Origin: Candidatus Magasanikiibacteriota bacterium | GTDB lineage: Bacteria > Patescibacteriota > Patescibacteriia > Magasanikbacterales > GWA2-37-8 | NCBI GenBank assembly: GCA_016182085.1 | Contig: JACOYB010000004.1 | Span: 4,250 to 68,249, forward strand | Direction of reading: 5' to 3' | DNA length: 64,000 bases | Part shown: piece after piece, positions 1 to 9,525 of the stretch | How the letters are laid out: each line of letters starts with the position of its first letter | Numbering within the stretch: position 1 is the stretch's first letter | Notes under the pieces: generated by a model | What the model was told of the DNA's origin: nothing | The model's input: only the letters and a program-made list of their open reading frames with translations | The model's database searches: none | Position numbers and translations under genes: made by a program

Positions 1-22
1 ATTGGGGATAAGCCGGCTTGCC

Positions 23-47
23 AATAATACCCCCCTGGGGTATTATT
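23..47. promoter_or_regulatory. Perfect palindrome AATAATACCCC-cct-GGGGTATTATT (11-bp arms) immediately upstream of the csoR start; candidate CsoR autoregulatory operator
   Basis: Seen directly: reverse complement of 37-47 equals 23-33. G/C-tract palindromes of the TACCC..GGGTA type are the known operator class for CsoR-family repressors. Confidence 0.5.
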
Positions 48-55
48 ATATTTGT

Positions 56-328
56 ATGAAACCAATCCTAAAAAATAAACTGCTTAAACGCCTCAAAATT
101 ATTGAGGGGCAAATTCGCGGTTTGCAGGCTATGTTGGAAAATGGCACCTATTGCGTGGATGTTATTACCCAAGCCAGCGCCGTAAAAAAAGCCGTTTCCA
201 GTTTTGAGGATGCTTTGCTCGAAAGCCACTTATCTACCTGTGTGATAAATCAAATAAAATCCGGCCAGCACGCCAAAGCCGTTAATGAAGTAATGAAGGT
301 TTACAAATTGTCTAAAAAAGACAATTAA
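56..328 (+). CDS. csoR: CsoR/RcnR-family (DUF156) metal-sensing transcriptional repressor
   Basis: ~90 aa; the ..KKLLKRLKIIEGQIRGLQAMLENGTYCVDVITQASAV.. helix with the conserved Cys is typical of copper-sensitive operon repressors. Start taken at ATG 56 rather than the TTG at 2 so the operator stays upstream. Confidence 0.75.
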   Translation: MKPILKNKLLKRLKIIEGQIRGLQAMLENGTYCVDVITQASAVKKAVSSFEDALLESHLSTCVINQIKSGQHAKAVNEVMKVYKLSKKDN

Positions 329-342
329 GTTTTTATAGAATT

Positions 343-792
343 ATGCGTTTACAAACATTTTTAAAATTAATTTCCGGGTTAACGGCCGGCGTGATAATGG
401 CCGTAGCCCTGCTTATTTTTATTTGTCCCGGAGTTTTTATGTCTGATACCATGGTATCTAGTCCCGATATGGCCACGCCGTGTCAGAGCGATGTGGGTAT
501 GGCTGTTGGCGCCGTAGATTCCAGCGGCTGCACCAGTGTTCATTTGGCCCAGGCCCAGCGTTTTATTGGCAGCTTAGGCGGTGAAATGAGTTTGTTGTTA
601 GGAGCACTGCTTACTGTCACAGTTATTTATTTTATATCTCGGGCTGAATTTTTGAACCGGACACGCGCCGCCTTTGTCCGCTATAAATATTATTACCGGT
701 TATACTTTGCGTCCATTCGTTTACAATGCCAAAAAAAGACGATGGCTTGGCTGGCGCTGCTCAAAAATTACGAAACCGCTTCACTCGCTTAA
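343..792 (+). CDS. Hypothetical small membrane protein with Cys/Met-containing loop, in copper operon
   Basis: Two predicted TM segments; no recognisable family. Confidence 0.4.
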   Translation: MRLQTFLKLISGLTAGVIMAVALLIFICPGVFMSDTMVSSPDMATPCQSDVGMAVGAVDSSGCTSVHLAQAQRFIGSLGGEMSLLLGALLTVTVIYFISRAEFLNRTRAAFVRYKYYYRLYFASIRLQCQKKTMAWLALLKNYETASLA

Positions 793-891
793 GTTTTTGC
801 TAGCTTGAAAGGTTGGTAGCGTATTTAGATAGCGAAACTATATGGTGGAGTGATTTTTAATTTTATTTTTCTCTTAAAATTAGTTTATTAT

Positions 892-2214
892 ATGAACAAA
901 AAAACAATTCCTATTCGCGGCATGCACTGCGCTTCTTGCGAAATACTTGTGGGCGATGAATTAAAAAAAATCGCCGGGCTTAGCAGTGTTTATGTCAGCC
1001 AAAAAAGGGCTTTGGCGATAGTGAAATACCCGGAGGCAGCCCAGATAAATGATAATGATATTATTAAAGCCGTTCAAGAAGCCGGCTACGAAGTCGGACA
1101 GAAGGAAAAATTACCATGGATTTCTCGCAACGCCGCCGATTACAAAGATTTGGCGCGCGCTGCCGGAATTTTTTTGGTAATTTATTTGCTGGTCAGATGG
1201 TTTAATTTGTTTGATTTGGGTTTTAACACTCAAAGTTCCGGCGTAGCCGTGGCGCTGCTAGTCGGGCTGGTGGCCGGGGTATCAACTTGTATGGCGTTAA
1301 TTGGCGGTTTGGTGCTCAGTCTGTCGGCGCGGCATGCCGAACAGCACCCGGAAGCCACAACCTTGCAAAAATTTCGTCCGCATATCTATTTTAACATTGG
1401 TCGAATCTTAGGGTTTGCTGTTTTGGGCGGTTTAATCGGTCTTATCGGTCAAGCCTTCAAACCATCCAACAACTTGCTTGGACTTCTAACCGTGCTAATT
1501 GGCGGGGTAATGATATTCTTTGGTTTGAAGTTGATAGAAATTTTTCCGGCCTTACGCGACAAAAGCATCACTTTGCCATCGGGTATTGCCCGGTTTTTTG
1601 GATTAAAGAAAGAAGTAAAAGAATATAGCCACAAGGGCGCAATGGTAATGGGAGGGCTGACATTTTTCTTGCCTTGCGGTTTTACTCAAGCGATGCAGCT
1701 CTATGCGGTCTCTACCGGCAGTTTTTGGCAAGGCGCCGCAATTATGGGGCTGTTTGCTGTTGGCACCGCGCCCGGACTTCTTGGTATTGGTGGATTAACC
1801 TCGGTATTTAAAGGACGCAAGGCGCGCATATTTTTTATGACCGCCGGACTGACGGTAATTCTTTTGGGCTGGGTAAATATTGCCAATGGCAGCCGGCTAT
1901 TTGGCGCTCGCGTTGACAGTAAATCAGTTCCTGTAGTTACAGATCAAAACGCGCAAGAAGTGCGGATGACTCAAGGACGCACCGGTTACTCCCCAAATAT
2001 ATTTACCGTTAAAAAAGGCCAGCCGGTGAAATGGATAGTAAAATCAGAGACTTCTTTGTCCTGTGCGGCATATTTGGTAATGCCCAAATACGGCATCAGT
2101 AAAGCGCTTCAATCGGGAGAAAATATTATTAATTTTACACCCACCCAAGTTGGCGAAATTCCGTTCTCTTGTTCCATGGGGATGTATCGCGGAAAGTTTG
2201 TTGTGGTTGAATAA
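892..2214 (+). CDS. Fusion protein: N-terminal HMA (GMHCASC) domain, polytopic permease domain (DsbD_2/TauE-like, conserved Cys in TM helices), C-terminal cupredoxin_1-like domain
   Basis: MHCASCE heavy-metal-associated motif; ~8 hydrophobic helices with STCMAL and LPCGFTQ motifs; C-terminal ..KGQPVKWIVKSETSLSCAAY...FSCSMGMYRGKFVV resembles the cupredoxin-like copper-binding fold. Start at ATG 892. Confidence 0.65.
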   Translation: MNKKTIPIRGMHCASCEILVGDELKKIAGLSSVYVSQKRALAIVKYPEAAQINDNDIIKAVQEAGYEVGQKEKLPWISRNAADYKDLARAAGIFLVIYLLVRWFNLFDLGFNTQSSGVAVALLVGLVAGVSTCMALIGGLVLSLSARHAEQHPEATTLQKFRPHIYFNIGRILGFAVLGGLIGLIGQAFKPSNNLLGLLTVLIGGVMIFFGLKLIEIFPALRDKSITLPSGIARFFGLKKEVKEYSHKGAMVMGGLTFFLPCGFTQAMQLYAVSTGSFWQGAAIMGLFAVGTAPGLLGIGGLTSVFKGRKARIFFMTAGLTVILLGWVNIANGSRLFGARVDSKSVPVVTDQNAQEVRMTQGRTGYSPNIFTVKKGQPVKWIVKSETSLSCAAYLVMPKYGISKALQSGENIINFTPTQVGEIPFSCSMGMYRGKFVVVE

Positions 2215-2228
2215 TTAGAAATGATTAT

Positions 2229-2441
2229 ATGCCAAACCAAAAATTTGTTATTACTAATTTAACTTGCGCGGCTTGCGTAAAATTGTCCACCCTGGCGCTT
2301 AAAAAAATTCCGGGTGTAAGCGCAGCGGCAGTTGATCTTGCTACCGGCGCTGCCGAAATTACCGGCGACCGCGATGTGGCGTGGAAAGAAATTGAAGGAG
2401 CGCTTAAGAGCGTGGATAAAACCGCGGCTCAAATTACTTAA
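2229..2441 (+). CDS. copZ: Small HMA-domain metallochaperone (CopZ-like, CxxC = TCAAC)
   Basis: 70 aa; betaalphabetabetaalphabeta HMA pattern with CAAC. Confidence 0.6.
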   Translation: MPNQKFVITNLTCAACVKLSTLALKKIPGVSAAAVDLATGAAEITGDRDVAWKEIEGALKSVDKTAAQIT

Positions 2442-2451
2442 TTTTAATTGT

Positions 2452-5214
2452 ATGGATAAAATCTTACTCAAAATTACAGGCATGCACTGTGAGTCGTGCG
2501 AAAAAATAATCGGCATGGAGCTGTCGGAAATAGCCGGCGTCAGTAATGTTAAAATAAATTTTGCGGCCGGGTCCGGAGAATTAGAAGCCTCCACCGAAGT
2601 ATCAAATGAAGCGATTGTTCAGGCGATTGTGAAGGCCGGGAATCAGGGAGAGGTGGTAAGTCGTATTAAAGAGCAAACTTCCTCTGTTCCAAATACATTT
2701 GAGAAAAATATCGTTTCCGGCAATCAACCATTTAAAGTAAAGATTGAAGTGACTGTAGAACCGGAAGGCGCTGTTGTTGGGAGCTCGTCCGCATATATCC
2801 CTCGGCCTGCGACAGAAAAAATTTCTAATCAAACAGCCCCAGGTTCTGCCGTAAAAGAGAAAAAAGAAGAACAAGTGCAACTAGCTCTTACCGGCATGCA
2901 TTGCGCGTCGTGCGCGGGTTTGATTGAACGAGGCTTAAAAAAAGTGGCGGGTGTAAAGAGTGCTAATGTTAATTTTGCGGTTGAAAAAGCGCGGGTGGTG
3001 TTTGATAATTCAGTCGCATCGGTAGAGCAGCTTATTGGGGCGGTAGAAAAATCCGGTTACAAAGCGCGGCTGGCCGGCACCGGCAATCCCGAGGAAGAAA
3101 GATTGCAGCGAGAAAATGTTATCAAAAGATACTGGCAAAAGTTTTTCTGGGGGCTTATCCTTAGTTTGCCGATGCTGTATTTCATGCTTCTGGATTTCTT
3201 TTCGTTTCTACCCAGCAGAACATTTCTTTTGCCGTATATTGGTATCGTATCGCTTATTCTTACCATTCCCGTACAATTTATTATCGGCGCGGGATTTTAT
3301 AAAGGAATGTGGAGCAGTCTGCGAATGAAAACGTTTAACATGGATAGTTTGATTGCTATCGGTACAAGCACCGCGTTTTTCTACAGCTTGGCGCAATTTA
3401 TTAACTATGTTGCGCGTACCGGCAGCGTGGTTGGTTTAAATGGCGCGAAAATTCCCGAATTATATTTTGAAACCGCCGCTTTTTTGATTACTTTTGTTAT
3501 TCTGGGCAAGTGGCTGGAAGCAAAAACAAAAGGGCGAACATCAGATGCTATAAAAAAATTGATGGGGCTTCAGGCTAAAACCGCGCGCGTGATGAAAAAT
3601 GGCGTGGCTTTGGATGTACCCATTGAACAGGTTGTGGCCGGCGATACAATTGTCGTCCGCCCGGGTGAAAAAATTCCGGTAGATGGCGCGGTAAGCAAGG
3701 GGCAGTCCAGCGTGGATGAATCTATGATTACGGGTGAAAGTATTCCGGTGGAAAAAAATATTGGTGACATGGTGATTGGTGCGACTATAAATAAACATGG
3801 CAGCTTTGAATTTACGGCCACCAAAGTGGGAAGCGAAACTATGCTGGCGCAAATTATTCGGGTGGTTGAAGAAGCGCAAGGATCTAAAGCGCCGATTCAA
3901 GCGTTTGCCGATAAAATTTCCGCCTACTTTGTGCCAATTGTTATTGGTTTAGCGGTGCTTACATTTTTGGTTTGGTATTTTGCTCTTGGCGCCAGCCTTA
4001 CTTTCGCGTTAATGGCTTTTACTTCGGTTATCGTTATTGCTTGTCCTTGCGCTTTGGGACTAGCCACGCCAACAGCCATTATGGTTGGTACGGGCAAGGG
4101 CGCCGAACATGGCATTCTTATCAAAGGCGGTGAGCCGCTGGAAGCCGCCTGCAAAATTAAAGCCGTAGTATTTGATAAAACAGGCACACTCACCAAAGGT
4201 CAGCCGGAAGTTACTGATGTGGTAAGCGCCGGTCTGTCTGATGAAGAAGAAATAATTCGTATCACCGCCAGTCTGGAAAAACTTTCCGAGCATCCGCTCG
4301 CGGACGCGATTGTTAAATATGCTGAAGAAGAATCCGTGCCGCTTAGCGAGGTGGCCGGTTTTCGCGCTATTCCCGGTCATGGTGTTGAGGGTGTATTAAA
4401 TAGCGTTAAATATTATTTTGGTAACCGTAAATTAGTGACGGATGTGGTTGGTATTTCCACAGTTGTTCTGGAAAAAGTGGAGCGTAAAATTCGCAAACTA
4501 GAAGAGAGCGGCAAGACGGTAATGATTTTGGCTTCAACCCAAGAAATTTTGGGATTGGTAGCGGTGGCCGATACGATAAAAGAAACAACCGTAGATGCGG
4601 TGCGCGCCTTACAAGAACAACACATCGAAGTCTTTATGATTACCGGCGATAATCGCCGCACAGCCGAAGCCATTGCTCGCCAGGCCGGAATAAAAAATGT
4701 CTTGGCGGAAGTATTGCCGGAAGACAAAGCTAATGAAGTCAAAAAATTACAGGGAACAGGTATTAAAGTGGCGATGGTGGGCGATGGAATCAACGACGCG
4801 CCCGCGCTGGCGCAAGCGGATTTGGGTATTGCCATGGGAAGCGGCACAGATGTGGCTATGGAAACGGGCGGAATTGTTATTATTAAAAATGATCTGCGTG
4901 ATGTACTTACGGCTATTAAACTGAGCCGTGAAACTATGAATAAAATTAAACAGAACATGTTTTTTGCCTTGTTCTATAATGTTATTGGTATTCCTATTGC
5001 CGCGCGCGTGTTTGTCGGTATTGGCATAGTGTTAAAACCGGAGTTGGCGGGTTTGGCCATGGCGCTTAGTTCAATATCGGTAGTCTCCAATTCTTTATTC
5101 TTGCGCGGATTCAAACCGGGCAAGCGTAACTGGCTGTCTATGGCCGCGCCGATAGTGATGGGATTACTATTTACCGCCATATTCTTTGTCTTTGCCCGGC
5201 TTAGCCGAATGTAG
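2452..5214 (+). CDS. copA: Copper-translocating P1B-type ATPase with two N-terminal HMA domains
   Basis: Two MHCxSC HMA domains; TGES actuator motif, CPC in TM6 ([12 protein letters not shown]), [16 protein letters not shown]1B signatures. Start at ATG 2452 ([16 protein letters not shown]); the upstream 2332-2451 part of the ORF overlaps copZ in another frame. Confidence 0.92.
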   Translation: MDKILLKITGMHCESCEKIIGMELSEIAGVSNVKINFAAGSGELEASTEVSNEAIVQAIVKAGNQGEVVSRIKEQTSSVPNTFEKNIVSGNQPFKVKIEVTVEPEGAVVGSSSAYIPRPATEKISNQTAPGSAVKEKKEEQVQLALTGMHCASCAGLIERGLKKVAGVKSANVNFAVEKARVVFDNSVASVEQLIGAVEKSGYKARLAGTGNPEEERLQRENVIKRYWQKFFWGLILSLPMLYFMLLDFFSFLPSRTFLLPYIGIVSLILTIPVQFIIGAGFYKGMWSSLRMKTFNMDSLIAIGTSTAFFYSLAQFINYVARTGSVVGLNGAKIPELYFETAAFLITFVILGKWLEAKTKGRTSDAIKKLMGLQAKTARVMKNGVALDVPIEQVVAGDTIVVRPGEKIPVDGAVSKGQSSVDESMITGESIPVEKNIGDMVIGATINKHGSFEFTATKVGSETMLAQIIRVVEEAQGSKAPIQAFADKISAYFVPIVIGLAVLTFLVWYFALGASLTFALMAFTSVIVIACPCALGLATPTAIMVGTGKGAEHGILIKGGEPLEAACKIKAVVFDKTGTLTKGQPEVTDVVSAGLSDEEEIIRITASLEKLSEHPLADAIVKYAEEESVPLSEVAGFRAIPGHGVEGVLNSVKYYFGNRKLVTDVVGISTVVLEKVERKIRKLEESGKTVMILASTQEILGLVAVADTIKETTVDAVRALQEQHIEVFMITGDNRRTAEAIARQAGIKNVLAEVLPEDKANEVKKLQGTGIKVAMVGDGINDAPALAQADLGIAMGSGTDVAMETGGIVIIKNDLRDVLTAIKLSRETMNKIKQNMFFALFYNVIGIPIAARVFVGIGIVLKPELAGLAMALSSISVVSNSLFLRGFKPGKRNWLSMAAPIVMGLLFTAIFFVFARLSRM

Positions 5215-5277
5215 AATAATCGGAGTAGTGATACAATGTATACTAAGAAGTGTCTATAAAAGAAAGGATCTGGAAAT

Positions 5278-6390
5278 ATGAAAAAAGAAAAACAAATCAT
5301 TGAATCTTTGTTGGCCGGTACGGGAATTAAGATAAACGGAAACAATCCCTATGACCTGCAAGTACACAATGAAAATTTTTATGGCCGCTTATTGCGGTAT
5401 GGCTCATTAGGGCTCGGCGAGTCCTATATGGATGGCTGGTGGGATTGCGCCAGTCTTGATCAGTTTTTTCATAAAGTTCTGGAAGCTGATCTACACAGCC
5501 GAGTGAAAAACGATCTTGGCATCGCTCTAAAGATTGCTTTAAATTTTGTGTTGAATGTTGGCAGAAAGTCAAAAGCCTTTAAGAATGGAAGGCATTATGA
5601 TGCTGGCAATGATTTATATCGCGCGATGCTTGATAAGCGTTTAGCCTATACCTGCGGATATTGGAAAGATGCCGTTAATCTTGATGATGCGCAAGAAGCA
5701 AAACTTGATTTGGTCTGCAGAAAGATGGGCCTAAAACCCGGGCAAAAAATATTAGATATCGGTTCGGGCTGGGGGAGTTTTATGGGGTATGCGGCCGAAA
5801 AATACGGAGTAAATGCCGTTGGAGTTACTGTCTCAAAAGAACAAAAGGCGCTTGCGGATACTCTTTATAAAAATCTCCCCGTAGAAACGCGGCTGCAAGA
5901 TTATCGCGATATCAATGAAAAGTTTGACCAGGTAGTATCTTTAGGGATGTTTGAACATGTTGGATATAAGAATTATCGTACCTTTATGAAGGTCGCGCAT
6001 AGCTCTCTTAAAGACAACGGTTTATTTTTGTTGCACACTATCGGCGGCAATCATTCGGCGCGCATTACGGAGCCATGGATTGAAAAATATATTTTCCCCA
6101 ACTCCATGCTTCCCTCAATCAAGCAGATTGGCAAAGCTATTGAAGACCTATTTGTGATGGAAGATTGGCATAATTTTGGGGTTGATTATGACAAGACACT
6201 AATGGCTTGGTATAAGAATTTTGAAGATAATTGGGATAAAATAAAATCAAATTATGATGAAAGGTTTTATCGGATGTGGAAGTATTATCTTTTAGTCTCC
6301 GCCGGAAGCTTCCGAGCCAGAACAAATCAATTATGGCAGATTGTCTTGTCTAAAAAAGGGGTTCCTGGGGGGTATATATCAGTTAGGTAA
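5278..6390 (+). CDS. cfa: Cyclopropane-fatty-acyl-phospholipid synthase family SAM-dependent methyltransferase
   Basis: Full-length match to CFA synthase architecture (LDIGSGWGS SAM motif, conserved C-terminal region). Confidence 0.8.
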   Translation: MKKEKQIIESLLAGTGIKINGNNPYDLQVHNENFYGRLLRYGSLGLGESYMDGWWDCASLDQFFHKVLEADLHSRVKNDLGIALKIALNFVLNVGRKSKAFKNGRHYDAGNDLYRAMLDKRLAYTCGYWKDAVNLDDAQEAKLDLVCRKMGLKPGQKILDIGSGWGSFMGYAAEKYGVNAVGVTVSKEQKALADTLYKNLPVETRLQDYRDINEKFDQVVSLGMFEHVGYKNYRTFMKVAHSSLKDNGLFLLHTIGGNHSARITEPWIEKYIFPNSMLPSIKQIGKAIEDLFVMEDWHNFGVDYDKTLMAWYKNFEDNWDKIKSNYDERFYRMWKYYLLVSAGSFRARTNQLWQIVLSKKGVPGGYISVR

Positions 6391-6440
6391 ATGGTAAAGA
6401 TAAAAAGATTGTAAATAATTTATAGAGTATTTATTATTTT

Positions 6441-8507
6441 ATGCCAGAAAACCTTCACGGAGAGCATGCCGGCCACGATATGCAAAAGATGAGCCATATG
6501 GATCACGAAGCGGCCATGACCAATCCGCAAATGGCCAAGCAGATGGAAGCGGATATGCGCCGCCGCTTCTGGGTTTCTTTGTTTCTTTCTGTGCCGATTT
6601 TTTTGTACTCACCGGTCGGCGTTAATATATTTAAATTTAATTTGCCAACACCACTTCCCGTAAATTGGCTGCTTTTTATTCTCACTACCCCGATAGTTTT
6701 TTGGACAGGTTCTATTTTTATCACTGGTACATACTATTCTCTTAAAAGTAGAAAACTCAACATGTCGGTGCTTATTGCCACCGGCGTATTGGCCGCGTAT
6801 TTATTTAGCGTTCTGCTTACTTTTACTATTGGCGGCGAAACATTCTACGAAGCCGCGGCGCTACTGGTAACATTTGTATTATTTGGCCATTGGATGGAGA
6901 TGAAATCACGGCGCGGTACGTCTGATGCGTTGCGAGCCTTGTTTGATTTGGTGCCGCCAAAAGCCAATGTTGTTCGCGGAGGCAAAGAAATAAACATCAC
7001 CAGCGCGGAAATAGTCCAGGGCGACATTGTCGTGCTTCGGCCCGGCGACAAAGTGCCGGTGGATGGTGAAATCACCGAAGGCGAAACTTCTATTGATGAA
7101 TCACTTATTACCGGAGAATCTATTCCAGTTACTAAAACTATCGGAGCAAAAGTGGTGGGTGGATCGGTGAATCTTACCGGTATCGCGCAATTTAAAGCTA
7201 CAAAGGTTGGGTCGGAAACGGTGTTGGCCCAGATTATAAAAATGGTAGAGACTGCGCAGAACTCCAAAGCTCCCGGTCAGCGCATAGCCGACAAAGCCGC
7301 CGGCTGGCTAGTTATTCTTGCTATTGGCTCGGGGCTGGCTGCGTTTTTTGGCTGGTATGTTGGCGCAGGCGTGGGTCTTTTGGCCGCTCTCACTTTTGCA
7401 GTATCAACTGTGGTGATTGCCTGTCCGGATGCTTTGGGGCTCGCCACCCCGACAGCGGTCGCTGTGGGAACCGGCATTGGCGCAAAATATAATATTTTAA
7501 TAAAAGATGCCGCTACTTTGGAAAATACATCTCGGCTAACAGCCATTGTTTTGGATAAAACCGGCACTCTTACAGAAGGAAAACCAAAAGTCACCGAGGT
7601 TGTTGTGCGATCGGGATACGATCACCACGAAGTTTTATCGCTTGCTGCCTCGGCAGAGCGAGGTTCAAATCATCCTATTAGCGCCGCTATTTTAGAAGAA
7701 GCAAAAAAGAATGGGTTGGATGCAAACGAAAAGGTAGAAAAATTTGAATCAATTGGCGGCCATGGCGTAAGGGCTGTTATAAATGGCAAAGTTATTATTG
7801 CCGGCACGGAGCGGCTTATGCAACAAAATAATATTGATCTTTCTCCGATCAAAAAAGAAATTGACCGTTTGCTTAGTACCGGTAATACCATTAGTATTGT
7901 TGCTATTGATGGGCAAGTGGCGGGTGCTATCGGGGTGGCGGACACTCTTAGGCCTTCGGCGAAAAAAACTATCTCGGCGCTCCAGTCGCTTGGGCTGGAA
8001 GTGGCGATGATTACCGGCGATCATGAACAGGTGGCAAAAGCGGTATCAGATGAACTTGGCATAAATCGCTATTTCGCACAGGTGTTGCCGGAAGACAAGG
8101 CAAAATATGTAAAAAAACTTCAGGATGAAGGCAAATTTGTGGCAATGGTCGGAGATGGAATCAATGACGCTCCGGCACTCGCGCAGTCAAATATCGGCAT
8201 TGCCATCGGCGCCGGTACGGATGTGGCGATTGAAACAGGTAATATCGTGCTTATGAAATCAGATCCGTATGATATTGTGGCCGCCCTTCGTTTGAGCAAG
8301 GCAACGGTAGTAAAAATGAAACAGAATTTATTTTGGGCGGCGATATACAACGTGCTGGCCATTCCGGTTGCGGCCGGCGTGTTTTATAACTCATTAGGTT
8401 GGTCGTTGCGTCCGGAAATCTCCGCGCTTTTAATGTCAGCATCGTCTATTATTGTCGCCACTAACGCCGTGTTGTTGAAGCGAGTTGAATCCAAATTAAA
8501 AATTTAA
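6441..8507 (+). CDS. Second heavy-metal P1B-type ATPase, CopB-like (His/Met-rich N-terminus, no HMA domain), with unusual CPD transmembrane motif
   Basis: N-terminus HGEHAGHDMQKMSHMDHEAAMTNPQMAKQMEADM; [19 protein letters not shown] present; TM6 reads ACPDALGLATP (codons TGT CCG GAT). Confidence 0.85.
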   Translation: MPENLHGEHAGHDMQKMSHMDHEAAMTNPQMAKQMEADMRRRFWVSLFLSVPIFLYSPVGVNIFKFNLPTPLPVNWLLFILTTPIVFWTGSIFITGTYYSLKSRKLNMSVLIATGVLAAYLFSVLLTFTIGGETFYEAAALLVTFVLFGHWMEMKSRRGTSDALRALFDLVPPKANVVRGGKEINITSAEIVQGDIVVLRPGDKVPVDGEITEGETSIDESLITGESIPVTKTIGAKVVGGSVNLTGIAQFKATKVGSETVLAQIIKMVETAQNSKAPGQRIADKAAGWLVILAIGSGLAAFFGWYVGAGVGLLAALTFAVSTVVIACPDALGLATPTAVAVGTGIGAKYNILIKDAATLENTSRLTAIVLDKTGTLTEGKPKVTEVVVRSGYDHHEVLSLAASAERGSNHPISAAILEEAKKNGLDANEKVEKFESIGGHGVRAVINGKVIIAGTERLMQQNNIDLSPIKKEIDRLLSTGNTISIVAIDGQVAGAIGVADTLRPSAKKTISALQSLGLEVAMITGDHEQVAKAVSDELGINRYFAQVLPEDKAKYVKKLQDEGKFVAMVGDGINDAPALAQSNIGIAIGAGTDVAIETGNIVLMKSDPYDIVAALRLSKATVVKMKQNLFWAAIYNVLAIPVAAGVFYNSLGWSLRPEISALLMSASSIIVATNAVLLKRVESKLKI

Positions 8508-8543
8508 ATAATTTATAAAGGCCATTTTAGTAAATTAAAAAAT

Positions 8544-8571
8544 AATCACGATTAAGCCGTGATTGTTTTTT
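8544..8571 (+). terminator. Rho-independent terminator after the second ATPase
   Basis: aatcacg-attaagc-cgtgatt hairpin followed by TTTTTT. Confidence 0.55.
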
Positions 8572-8624
8572 AATCCACCTGCAGTCGCTCTACCACCGGT
8601 TGTGAAGGGGTTGAACATTGGCGG

Positions 8625-8653
8625 TTGACAAAAACCGGATTTTATACTATTAT
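8625..8653 (+). promoter_or_regulatory. Sigma70-like promoter TTGACA-17-TATTAT driving the GC-rich ORF at 8817
   Basis: Consensus -35 at 8625-8630, 17-nt spacer, -10 at 8648-8653. Confidence 0.5.
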
Positions 8654-8700
8654 ACTTTGTTCTTTAATAATTTTTTCCAACTTTCTTTTGGCTAATCATT

Positions 8701-8728
8701 GTCATTCCCGCCATAGCGGGAATCCAGT
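8701..8728. repeat. Half-copy of interspersed palindromic repeat (TGTCATTCCCGC-catA-GCGGGAATCCAG)
   Basis: Same 28-nt hairpin unit as at 18108-18135, 27723-27750 and 31963-31990. Confidence 0.8.
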
Positions 8729-8816
8729 GGGCCGGAAGAAGGCTGGAAAAAATCAGCGCTTCCTCTTTGCCACGTCGGCGAGGAGTGAGCTTTCTCAAAA
8801 GAGGAGGCAAAGGACA

Positions 8817-9305
8817 ATGGTAATGGCAATCGACTTCTTGCTTTCGGCCGCCCACCTCAAGCGTGAACTTGGCGAGGAGCTGTTCGAGGCTTTGGTCAGC
8901 TCGAACAACACTGCGGCAGTTCGCAAATTCGCGGAGGAGCTCGTCAAGTTGGGACCCCCCACTGAGATGACCCTCGGCGATCGCGCCTACGACATTCTCG
9001 GCATCCTCAAGGGAGACGAGAAGTCGGTCATCGGCCATACGATGGTCAGCCGCGCCAAGGAGCAGAACGCCCACAACGGGAAGGAAGAGCGAGAGCACGT
9101 CCTAAAGTATCAGGACCAGATTCCCGCCGCCCTCCGCGGCAAGGTCGTCCTCGTCTTCACCGACGACAGGCACCCCGACGACCCCGAGGGCGTCTACTGC
9201 GTTGGCTGGGACGGCAAGCGCTGGGTCAAGGACTGGCGCTGGCTCGACTTTGACGACTGGCGCGGCCGCTATCGGGTTCTCCGTCGCAAGTCCCCGCAGC
9301 CCTAG
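8817..9305 (+). CDS. Hypothetical protein, GC-rich (about 62% GC, strong GC3 bias), probably horizontally acquired
   Basis: Strong SD GAGGAGG 9 nt before ATG 8817; codon usage (CTC/GTC/GGC/CGC) unlike neighbouring genes; no recognisable domain (C-terminal W/D/R-rich). Confidence 0.6.
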   Translation: MVMAIDFLLSAAHLKRELGEELFEALVSSNNTAAVRKFAEELVKLGPPTEMTLGDRAYDILGILKGDEKSVIGHTMVSRAKEQNAHNGKEEREHVLKYQDQIPAALRGKVVLVFTDDRHPDDPEGVYCVGWDGKRWVKDWRWLDFDDWRGRYRVLRRKSPQP

Positions 9306-9388
9306 AATTCTTAGTCGCTCAGAACTTTCGGGTTCTGTGCTCACTTGATCCCTTCGGCTCGCCTGCCGTCAGGCAGGCTCGCAAAAAT

Positions 9389-9426
9389 GCCCACCCTGGG
9401 AAACTAGGGTGGGCAAATTATTTTTT
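9389..9426 (+). terminator. Rho-independent terminator
   Basis: gcccaccctgg-gaaact-agggtgggc hairpin then aaattatttttt; preceded by a second hairpin gcctgcc-gtca-ggcaggc. Confidence 0.6.
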
Positions 9427-9525
9427 AGGGTATCCTATGGCAAATCAACAGGTCGGCTTATTGATTTAATCGCCCGTTTCGTATATATTAGCTAAAGTTC
9501 ATATATATAAATTAAGCTAAACTCT

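Noticed and set aside
2332-2451. N-terminal 40 codons of the 960-aa copA ORF overlapping copZ
   Set aside because: Out of frame with copZ and lacking HMA features; the ATG at 2452 ([16 protein letters not shown]) is the plausible start.
3541-4958. Multiple antisense ORFs (119, 181 aa etc.) inside copA, and similar ones inside rpoB, rpoC, the S8 protease and the giant surface gene
   Set aside because: Antisense to strongly supported genes, low-complexity translations; typical shadow ORFs.
8625-8816. 5' extension of ORF 8625..9305
   Set aside because: Low GC, contains the promoter and the palindromic repeat; the real start is the SD-preceded ATG 8817.
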